Below are positions 7,793 to 15,021 of a DNA stretch of 31,468 nt, one piece after another (position 1 is the stretch's first letter; every line of letters begins with the position of its first letter). Below the pieces are notes generated by a model that worked only from the letters and a program-made list of their open reading frames with translations, was not told the DNA's origin and searched no databases. Origin of the DNA: Candidatus Scatomorpha intestinigallinarum (GTDB lineage Bacteria > Bacillota > Clostridia > Oscillospirales > Oscillospiraceae); contig DVHH01000106.1 in NCBI GenBank assembly GCA_018712225.1, positions 1 to 31,468 on the forward strand, given 5' to 3'. Position numbers and translations under genes: made by a program.

Positions 7793-8964
7793 GGGCGCGG
7801 CGCTTTATCCTGCGCGGCAGCGTGTGGGTGGAGGTGCAGGGAGCGTCTCCGGAGCGGTTTTTGAACGCGCTGACGCAGGCGGGCCTGCGTTTCTGGGGCG
7901 CGGAGCCCTCGGACGGCTTTACGCTCAGGCTGGCCATCCGTCCGCGTGACCTGGAAGCGGCCCGCGCCATCGCCCTGCGCTGCCAGTGCAGCCTGGAGCC
8001 GCTGCGCTACCGGGGCGCGCCCGCCGTGCGGCGCAGGCTGAGGCACCGGCTGGCGCTCATGGCAGGGCTGGCGGTCTGCTTTGCGCTGCTGGCCGCCTCG
8101 CGGCTTTTTGCCTGGGAAATAGCTGTGGAGGGCAACGAAAACGTGTCGAAGGGCGAGATCCTCCGCGCCCTGGCCGAGTGCGGGGTCGAGAGCGGCTCCT
8201 TCTGGCCGTCGTGGTCGGCGGACGCTATAAAAAACGGGGTCATCCTGCGCATACCGGAGCTCGCCTGGGTCGGAGTGAGCGTGGACAGCTCCCGCGCCGT
8301 GGTGCGTGTGCGTGAGCGCGAGCCAGCCCCGGAGCTGAGGGACAATGACGAGCCATATTCAGTGACGGCGCGAAAAACGGGTATAATAGAGCGTATGCAG
8401 GTCTATCTCGGCGCGCCGCTCGTCGAGGTTGGGGACGCCGTGCTTGAGGGCGAGCCGCTGGTCTCCGGCAGGGTGGAGAGCGGCCTGGGCAGCGTGCGCT
8501 ATGTCCATGCCTCGGCGCTCGTGGAGGCCAGGACATATTACGAGCTGACCGTAGTCTCCCCGCTGGAATACGAGGCCGCGCAGCCAAGCGGCCGCCATAC
8601 GCGCTGGGCGCTCGTAATAGGCAGCGAGCGGCTGAACCTCTACGCCGGGGGCTCTGCTCCGGAGGAAAACACTGTGCGCGTCACGACTGAGCACAGGCTG
8701 GAGTGGCCGGGCGTCTTTAGTTTGCCGGTTTCTCTTGTGCAGGAGCAGATTTTGGAGTATGATATTATAGCTCAAAGTGCGGACGCCGAGGCCCTGGCCC
8801 AGCGGTTGGAGGCCGAGCTGACGGAGCGGCTCGAAGCGGAGCTGGACGGCCGCGGCGAGGTGCTTTCGCAGAGCTTTTCCGCCCGTGAGAGCGGCGGCGC
8901 GCTGTACGTGACGCTGCGCGCCGAGTGCCTGGAGGACATAGCCGCCGAGACGAAGGCGGAATAG
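7789..8964 (+). CDS. yqfD: Sporulation protein YqfD
   Basis: N-terminal V.V.G..PERFLN, one transmembrane segment, W.I.VEGN, WVGV, ARKTGII, G.PLV..GD.V..G..LVSG. Lies between yqfC and phoH. Confidence 0.88.
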   Translation: MRARRFILRGSVWVEVQGASPERFLNALTQAGLRFWGAEPSDGFTLRLAIRPRDLEAARAIALRCQCSLEPLRYRGAPAVRRRLRHRLALMAGLAVCFALLAASRLFAWEIAVEGNENVSKGEILRALAECGVESGSFWPSWSADAIKNGVILRIPELAWVGVSVDSSRAVVRVREREPAPELRDNDEPYSVTARKTGIIERMQVYLGAPLVEVGDAVLEGEPLVSGRVESGLGSVRYVHASALVEARTYYELTVVSPLEYEAAQPSGRHTRWALVIGSERLNLYAGGSAPEENTVRVTTEHRLEWPGVFSLPVSLVQEQILEYDIIAQSADAEALAQRLEAELTERLEAELDGRGEVLSQSFSARESGGALYVTLRAECLEDIAAETKAE

Positions 8965-8981
8965 AGATATGAGGTGTACAG

Positions 8982-9983
8982 ATGATAGAGAGGACCCTGC
9001 CCATAGACAGGATGGAGAACGTCATAAACGTCTTCGGCTCCTTCGACCAGAACCTGAGGATAATCGAAACTGAGCTAGGCGTGCGCGTGACGGATAGGGA
9101 CGACCAGCTGCGCATAAGCGGCGAGGCTGAGGACGTCATGACGGCAGAGAAGGCGATAAACGGCCTCTTGCAGCTGGCCTCGCGGGGCGAGGCGATAGAC
9201 GCGCAGAACGTGCGCTATATCCTGAAACTGGTCTCCGAGGGCCGGGAGGCGAAGATCTCCGAGCTCTCGGGCGATGTTGTGTGCATAACGGCCAAGGGCA
9301 AGCCCATAAAGGCCAAGACCCTGGGCCAGAAGGCATATGTGGACGCCATGAACGCGAACACGATAACCCTCGGCATAGGCCCTGCGGGTACGGGCAAGAC
9401 GTATTTGGCCGTGGCCGAGGCCGTGGCGGCCTTCCGCAGCGAGAAGGTCAACCGCATAATCCTGACCCGCCCCGCCGTGGAGGCCGGCGAGCGCCTGGGC
9501 TTCCTGCCCGGCGATCTGCAGAGCAAGGTGGACCCGTACCTGCGCCCGCTCTACGACGCGCTCTTTGAGATGCTGGGCCCGGAGACCTATAACAAATACC
9601 TTGAGCGCGGCAACATCGAAGTCGCGCCCCTGGCCTATATGCGCGGCCGCACGCTGGACGACAGCTTCATCATCCTCGACGAGGCGCAGAACACCTCGCG
9701 CGAGCAGATGAAGATGTTCCTGACGCGAATAGGCTTCGGCTCCCGCGTGGTCATCACCGGCGACGTGACGCAGATCGACCTGCCCGGGGACAAGGTCTCG
9801 GGCCTGAAGGAGGCCATGCGCGTCCTGAAGGACATAGACGACATCGCCATCTGCAAGCTGACCGGCGCCGACGTAGTGCGCCACGAGCTGGTGCAGAAGA
9901 TAATCGAGGCCTACGAAAAGGACGAAAAACGCCGCGCCCCTCAGCAAAAGCTCGACCCGGCGAAGTTCAAGCGGAAGAAATAG
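8982..9983 (+). CDS. phoH: PhoH-family ATPase
   Basis: Walker A GPAGTGKT, RPAVEAGE.LGFLPGD, PLAYMRGRT, LDEAQN, GD.TQIDLP, VVRH.LV. Confidence 0.96.
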   Translation: MIERTLPIDRMENVINVFGSFDQNLRIIETELGVRVTDRDDQLRISGEAEDVMTAEKAINGLLQLASRGEAIDAQNVRYILKLVSEGREAKISELSGDVVCITAKGKPIKAKTLGQKAYVDAMNANTITLGIGPAGTGKTYLAVAEAVAAFRSEKVNRIILTRPAVEAGERLGFLPGDLQSKVDPYLRPLYDALFEMLGPETYNKYLERGNIEVAPLAYMRGRTLDDSFIILDEAQNTSREQMKMFLTRIGFGSRVVITGDVTQIDLPGDKVSGLKEAMRVLKDIDDIAICKLTGADVVRHELVQKIIEAYEKDEKRRAPQQKLDPAKFKRKK

Positions 9984-9997
9984 GCGCGTAAAAGGAG

Positions 9998-10025
9998 AAA
10001 ATGCCTCCCTTCGGTCGGCATTTTT
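9998..10025 (+). terminator. Imperfect intrinsic terminator after phoH
   Basis: AAAATGCC (9998-10005) / GGCATTTT (10017-10024) around an 11-nt interior that contains C-TTCG-G, ending in TTTTT. The inner stem is mismatched. Confidence 0.45.
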
Positions 10026-10036
10026 GATCGAATTGC

Positions 10037-10062
10037 GAGACGTCGGGAACTCCGTCCCCTAC
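10037..10062 (-). repeat. GTAG-type REP-like palindrome (copy A)
   Basis: Reverse complement GTAGGGGACGGAGTTCCCGACGTCTC: a GTAG tetranucleotide followed by an imperfect hairpin, 21/26 identical to copy B. Confidence 0.7.
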
Positions 10063-10099
10063 ATGGCGTTCGCGGCGCCGCAGGTGCGCGGTAATCGTG

Positions 10100-10131
10100 C
10101 GTCCGGGCGGGGTTCCACCCCCGCCCGGACG
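10100..10131. repeat. Perfect 13-bp inverted repeat between the REP-like copies
   Basis: CGTCCGGGCGGGG (10100-10112), loop TTCCAC, CCCCGCCCGGACG (10119-10131). No U tract. Confidence 0.85.
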
Positions 10132-10184
10132 GCGAATCACTGCAATGTATATTACGTAGCACACGTTTGGTTTACATAAAACCC

Positions 10185-10210
10185 GTAGGGGTCGGCGTCC
10201 CCGACGACCC
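10185..10210 (+). repeat. GTAG-type REP-like palindrome (copy B)
   Basis: GTAGGGGTCGGCGTCCCCGACGACCC: GTAG followed by the stem GGGTCG/CGACCC. Inverted relative to copy A. Confidence 0.7.
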
Positions 10211-10267
10211 TTTCCTTCGTCCACCGCCTACTGAGGGGCCGCCAACACACACCAGGAGGACACACAA

Positions 10268-11764
10268 ATGACACCAGAAGAAGCCAGAAAGAACCTCAGA
10301 GACCTCGAACTGCGTGAATTTGCCTACAACCACGCGGCGGGGATGCTGTATTTCGACGGAGTGACAGCCGCGCCGAAGGGTACATATATCTCCCGCGGCA
10401 AGACTCTCTCCGTGCTCAACGAGGCGGCGTACTCGCTCTCGAACAGCGAGGAAGCCCGCGAGACGCTGCGCGTGCTCTCGGAGCATATGGACGAGCTCAC
10501 GCCTGCTGAGCAGCGTATCGTGGAGCTGCGCGAGAAGGCCCTGCGCTTCCGCAGCCGTGTGCCGGTGGACGAATACGTAGCATATCAGGAGCTGCTCAAC
10601 GAGGCGGCCACCGTGTGGCGCGAGGCCAAGGCCACGTCGGATTACGCCATGTTTGAGCCGCTGCTGCAAAGGATAATCGACGCCTGCCGCCGCTTCGCCG
10701 AGTTGGTGGAGCCGGAGACCGACCCCTACGATTTCTGGCTCGACAACTATGAGGAGGGTATGACGCAGGAGTTCTGCGACAGGTTCTTCGCCGAGCTGCG
10801 CGCAAAGCTGGTGCCGCTCATAGCAAAGGTCGGCGCGGCGGAGCCGCCCGACACCTCGCTGCTGAATGTCCGCTTCCCGCTGGACAAGCAGGCGGAGCTC
10901 TCGGGCTGGCTCATGCGCTTCCTGGGCCTCGACCCGGACAGGAGCGCGCTGACAACGACGGAGCACCCCTTTACCATCGACTTTTCACGCTACGACGTGC
11001 GCATCACGACGAAATACTACGAGGATGCCTTCGCCTCCTCGATGTTCAGCGTCATCCACGAGGGCGGCCACGCGCTCTACGAGCTGGGTACGGCGGAGGA
11101 ATACGCATTCACGCAGCTCGGCCGCGGCGTATCCATGGGCGTACACGAGAGTCAGTCGCGCTTTTTCGAGAACATCATCGGCCGCAGCCGCGCCTTCTGC
11201 AGCCTGGCCTGGCCGGAGCTCGTGCGGCTCTGCCCGGAGCTCGGCAGGTATGACGCGGATATGTTCTACCGCGCGGTGAACGCGGCCCAGCCGGGCCTCA
11301 TCCGCATCGAGGCGGATGAGCTCACCTACAGCCTGCACATCATGGTGCGCTACGAGCTGGAGCGCGCCATGCTCCACGGCGAGCTGAACGCCAAGGAGCT
11401 GCCCGAGCGCTGGAACGCGCTGTACAAGCAATATCTCGGCGTAGACGTGCCTGACGACGCTCGCGGCGTCCTGCAGGACTCGCATTGGTCGGGCGGGCAG
11501 CTCGGCTACTTCCCGAGCTACGCCCTGGGCAGCGCCTACGGCGCGCAGCTCGTGGCCCGCATGAAGGAGGGCTTCGATGTGGACGCCGCCGTCGCCTCCG
11601 GCGACCTTGCCCCCGTGCGCTCCTGGCTGGGCGAGCGCATCTGGAGCCACGGCAGCCTGAGAAAGCCCACGGAGCTCATGCGCTCCGCCCTCGGCGGCGA
11701 GTTCGACGCGAGCTGGTATACGAACTATCTTGAGGCCAAGATGCGCGAGGTGTACAAGCTGTAA
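10268..11764 (+). CDS. Carboxypeptidase, peptidase family M32 (Taq/YpwA-like)
   Basis: HPF, DVRITT, zinc motif IHEGGHALYE, GVHESQSRF, IRIEADELTY.LH, GVLQD.HWS.G..GYFPSYALG. Strong AGGAGG SD. Confidence 0.95.
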   Translation: MTPEEARKNLRDLELREFAYNHAAGMLYFDGVTAAPKGTYISRGKTLSVLNEAAYSLSNSEEARETLRVLSEHMDELTPAEQRIVELREKALRFRSRVPVDEYVAYQELLNEAATVWREAKATSDYAMFEPLLQRIIDACRRFAELVEPETDPYDFWLDNYEEGMTQEFCDRFFAELRAKLVPLIAKVGAAEPPDTSLLNVRFPLDKQAELSGWLMRFLGLDPDRSALTTTEHPFTIDFSRYDVRITTKYYEDAFASSMFSVIHEGGHALYELGTAEEYAFTQLGRGVSMGVHESQSRFFENIIGRSRAFCSLAWPELVRLCPELGRYDADMFYRAVNAAQPGLIRIEADELTYSLHIMVRYELERAMLHGELNAKELPERWNALYKQYLGVDVPDDARGVLQDSHWSGGQLGYFPSYALGSAYGAQLVARMKEGFDVDAAVASGDLAPVRSWLGERIWSHGSLRKPTELMRSALGGEFDASWYTNYLEAKMREVYKL

Positions 11765-12249
11765 TGGGCGCGAAGATAATGGTCAGCCGTGAAAAGCGCG
11801 GCCTTGGATATCCCGACGCGCGGCGTCTCATTCTCCGGGCGATAAATGCCGCCCTTCGCGCAGAGGGCGTGGGCGAGGAGTGCGAGATAAGCGTCCTGCT
11901 CACGGATAACGAGGGCATCCACGCTCTCAACCGCGAGTACCGGAACGTGGACAGGCCCACTGACGTCCTGAGCTTTCCCGCAAACGAGCTGACGCCCGGC
12001 GAATTTGACGCGCAGGCGTGCGAGGAAGACCCGGAGACGGGCCGCATCTTCCTTGGCGACATGGCGATATCGCTGGAAAAATGCGCGGCGCAGGGCTTGG
12101 AGTACGGTCACGGCTTCGAGAGAGAGCTCATGTACCTCACCGTCCACAGCACGCTGCATCTGCTGGGCTACGACCACGTGGACGAGGCAGAGATGAAGCG
12201 CCAAATGCGCGCGCGAGAAGAGATGATAATGTCCGGGCTCGGCGTCTGA
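11764..12249 (+). CDS. ybeY: rRNA maturation RNase YbeY
   Basis: LNREYRNVDRPTDVLSFP, LGD..IS, and the H3xH5xH motif HSTLHLLGYDH. TAATG overlap with the upstream gene. Confidence 0.96.
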   Translation: MGAKIMVSREKRGLGYPDARRLILRAINAALRAEGVGEECEISVLLTDNEGIHALNREYRNVDRPTDVLSFPANELTPGEFDAQACEEDPETGRIFLGDMAISLEKCAAQGLEYGHGFERELMYLTVHSTLHLLGYDHVDEAEMKRQMRAREEMIMSGLGV

Positions 12250-12276
12250 GCCCTCTTCGGGGAGAAAGAGAGAGGT

Positions 12277-13170
12277 ATGAAAAAAGGTTCCGCCGCCGTC
12301 TTCCTGAGCTATGTGCTCTGGGGTGTGTTCCCAATTTACTGGAAGCTGCTCGCAGACGTGGATTCTGTCTACGTGCTCTGCTGCCGCATCGTGTTTTCGC
12401 TGTGCGTCAGCCTTGTAGTGGTCCCACTGTGCGGCAAGTGGGGAGAGGCCGTGCGCGTCCTGCGCGATAAGCGGCTCCGGCGCTATATGCTGGCCGCGGG
12501 AGTGTTCATCAGCTTCAACTGGGGCGCTTTCATCTACTGCGTCGCCTCGAACCGCGTGCTCGACGCGAGCCTGGCGTACTATATAAACCCCATCCTCGCC
12601 ATCCTCGTGGGCTTCATCGTGTTCCGCGAGAGGCTCACGACGGCCCAGTGGGCGGCGGTGGCGCTGGCCGCGGCGGGCGTGGCGGCGCCGATGGTCATGG
12701 AGGGGGAGTTCCCGCTGCTGGCGGTGCTCATCGGCCTGTCCTTCGCCATCTACGGCGCGATAAAGAAAAAGGCCGACGTCCCGGGCGACGTCTCCACCTT
12801 CATCGAGACGCTGCTCGTCTCGCCCGTGGCCCTGGGCATCATCCTGGTCATGGAGCTGCGCGGCGGGCCGATAAGCACGGGCGTCATAGGCGGCTGGCGG
12901 CTCATACTTCTGCCGCTGGCGGGCGTCGTGACCTACCTGCCGCTCTTCCTCTATTCGGCGGGCATACGCACGACCTCAATGTCGCTTTCGGGCATACTCA
13001 TGTACATAAATCCGACCTTGCAGCTTCTCTGCGGCGTCATCCTCTATGACGAGACGATGAGCCCGGCGATGACCGTGGCTTTCGTCTGCGTCTGGCTTGC
13101 AACGATAGTCTTCGTCGCGGGCGGGGAGCTGGCGAGAAGGAAGGCAAAAACGAGGTGCAGCAATGGATAA
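12277..13170 (+). CDS. rarD: EamA/DMT transporter, RarD-like
   Basis: SYVLWGVFPIYWKLL, ISFNWG.FI, ASLAYYINP, FRERL, YG..KK, G.LMYINPTLQLL.G. About 10 hydrophobic segments. Confidence 0.85.
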   Translation: MKKGSAAVFLSYVLWGVFPIYWKLLADVDSVYVLCCRIVFSLCVSLVVVPLCGKWGEAVRVLRDKRLRRYMLAAGVFISFNWGAFIYCVASNRVLDASLAYYINPILAILVGFIVFRERLTTAQWAAVALAAAGVAAPMVMEGEFPLLAVLIGLSFAIYGAIKKKADVPGDVSTFIETLLVSPVALGIILVMELRGGPISTGVIGGWRLILLPLAGVVTYLPLFLYSAGIRTTSMSLSGILMYINPTLQLLCGVILYDETMSPAMTVAFVCVWLATIVFVAGGELARRKAKTRCSNG

Positions 13171-14047
13171 GAACGCAATGATAACCATAGCGGGCCGCCC
13201 CAACGTGGGCAAGAGCACGCTTACGAACGCCCTGGTGGGCGAGAAGGTGGCCATAGTCTCGAATAAGCCCCAGACCACGCGCAACCGCATAACCGCCATC
13301 ATAAACCGTGGCGAGGCCCAGCTCGTCCTCATGGACACACCGGGCTTCCACCGCGCGCGCACGCGCCTGGGCGAGTATATGGACAAGGTCGTGCGCGAGA
13401 GCGTCGCGGACGTGGACGCCGTCGTGCTGGTCGTCGAGCCCATAGCCTCTCTCGGCCCGCAGGAGACGGAGCTGATAAAGCAGCTGCGCGCCGCCAGAGT
13501 CCCCGCCATCCTCGCGATAAACAAGATAGACACGGTGGAGAAGCCGGAGCTGCTGTCCGTCATCTCGGCCTATGCCCAGGCGCATGACTTTGCCGCCGTG
13601 GTGCCCATCTCCGCCAAGCGCGGCGAGGGCCTGGAGGCGCTGCTGGGGGAGATGGAGAAGTTCGCGCAGCCGGGCCCGCACCTCTTCCCGGAGGACATGT
13701 ACACGGACCAGCCGGAAAAGCAGCTGTGCGCGGAGCTGTTGCGGGAAAAGCTGCTCTGGTGCCTGGATAAAGAGGTGCCGCACGGCACGGCGGTGGAGAT
13801 AACGCGCTTCCACGAGCGCGAGGACGGCGTCATCGAGATCGACGCGACGATATATTGCGAAAAAGCCAGCCACAAGGGCATAATAATCGGCAAAAACGGC
13901 GCCATGCTCGGGAAAATAGGCGAGATGGCCCGCAAGGACATGGAGAGCTTCCTGGATACGAAGGTGTATCTGAAGACCTGGGTGAAGGTCAAGGAAAATT
14001 GGCGCGACTCCCAGTCGCTGCTGCGCAACTTCGGCTTCAACGATTAA
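13163..14047 (+). CDS. era: GTPase Era
   Basis: GRPNVGKSTL, KPQTTR, DTPG, NKID, and a KH domain with KGIIIGKNG. Confidence 0.98.
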   Translation: MDKNAMITIAGRPNVGKSTLTNALVGEKVAIVSNKPQTTRNRITAIINRGEAQLVLMDTPGFHRARTRLGEYMDKVVRESVADVDAVVLVVEPIASLGPQETELIKQLRAARVPAILAINKIDTVEKPELLSVISAYAQAHDFAAVVPISAKRGEGLEALLGEMEKFAQPGPHLFPEDMYTDQPEKQLCAELLREKLLWCLDKEVPHGTAVEITRFHEREDGVIEIDATIYCEKASHKGIIIGKNGAMLGKIGEMARKDMESFLDTKVYLKTWVKVKENWRDSQSLLRNFGFND

Positions 14048-14104
14048 AATTTCCCATGTCTGAACCGCCGCTGGGGTGAAAAACTAAGCCCAGAGGTGGT
14101 AAAC

Positions 14105-14245
14105 GTGAAGGACGACAGCTTCTGGACGCTCTTTTGCGAGACGGGCGAGCCCGTCTATTGGCTGCTGAGCCGTGAAAAGCGCGAGCCGGAGAAGAAGCCG
14201 GAGCCGGAACAGGTGAAATACGACGAGGGGGCGGCCAAACTCTGA
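14105..14245 (+). CDS. yqzL: YqzL-like small protein (46 aa), absent from the ORF track
   Basis: GTG start after the SD-like GAGGTGG. Translation MKDDSFWTLFCETGEPVYWLLSREKREPEKKPEPEQVKYDEGAAKL has the W..F..TG motif. Position between era and recO is where yqzL sits in Firmicutes. Confidence 0.7.
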   Translation: MKDDSFWTLFCETGEPVYWLLSREKREPEKKPEPEQVKYDEGAAKL

Positions 14246-14277
14246 CCGCTCCCCCGCAAGACTGCGAGGCGATACAT

Positions 14278-15021
14278 ATGTACCATACGACAAGGGGCCT
14301 CATCCTGCGCGAGGCCAAGTACAAAGAATCGGACAAGATACTCACCATCCTCACGGAGACAGAGGGCAAAATAAGCGCCAAGGCGCGCGGCGTTGCGCGC
14401 ACGCGCAGCAAGCTGGCCGCGGCGACGCAGCTGCTGTGCTTTTCGGAGCTGACGCTCTTCGGCAACAAGGGCCTGTGGACGATAAACGAGGCCACGACCG
14501 TGGAGCAGTTCCGCGGCCTGCGCGGCGACATAGAGCTGCTTGCCCTGGGCAGCTATATCGCGGAGCTGCTGGAGGCCGTCTCGAACGAGGACTGCCCGGA
14601 GCCGGAGATACTCCAGCTGGGCCTCAACAGCCTCTATGCCCTGGCCTCGGGCCTCTTCCCGCCCGAGCAGGTGAAGGCGGCCTTCGAGCTGCGGCTCATG
14701 TGCCTCTCAGGCTACCGCCCGGAGCTGGAGGGCTGCGCCAAGTGCGGCAAGGTGGAAATGGAAAATGGCTGGCTCGTGCCCGCCCACGGCGAACTCTATT
14801 GCGAGGACTGCCCGAGGCCGGACGGCTTGCCGGTCGATAAGGCCGTGCTGGAGGCCATGCGCTACGTAATAGACGCCGCGCCGAAGCGCATCTTTGCCTT
14901 CCGGCTGGACGACGAGGCGCTCAGAAGGCTGGGCTCCGTCTGCGAGGCCTATCTGCTCTATGAGCTGGACCGCGGCTTTGCCAGCCTCGACTACTATAAA
15001 AAGGTCAGGAAATCAAAATGA
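14278..15021 (+). CDS. recO: DNA repair protein RecO
   Basis: GLILR...YKESDKIL.ILT...GKI...ARG, FELRL....GY.P, and a Zn motif CAKC...CEDC. Confidence 0.95.
   Translation: MYHTTRGLILREAKYKESDKILTILTETEGKISAKARGVARTRSKLAAATQLLCFSELTLFGNKGLWTINEATTVEQFRGLRGDIELLALGSYIAELLEAVSNEDCPEPEILQLGLNSLYALASGLFPPEQVKAAFELRLMCLSGYRPELEGCAKCGKVEMENGWLVPAHGELYCEDCPRPDGLPVDKAVLEAMRYVIDAAPKRIFAFRLDDEALRRLGSVCEAYLLYELDRGFASLDYYKKVRKSK

Noticed and set aside
9941-10224. Two short - strand ORFs (9967..10224 and 9941..10162) across the intergenic repeats
   Set aside because: They are translations of the palindromes (e.g. VGDGVPDV comes from REP copy A) and show no transposase motifs such as HUH.
10037-10231. Possible CRISPR array
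   Set aside because: The two 26-nt copies are inverted rather than direct, are separated by 122 bp, and no cas genes are in the window.
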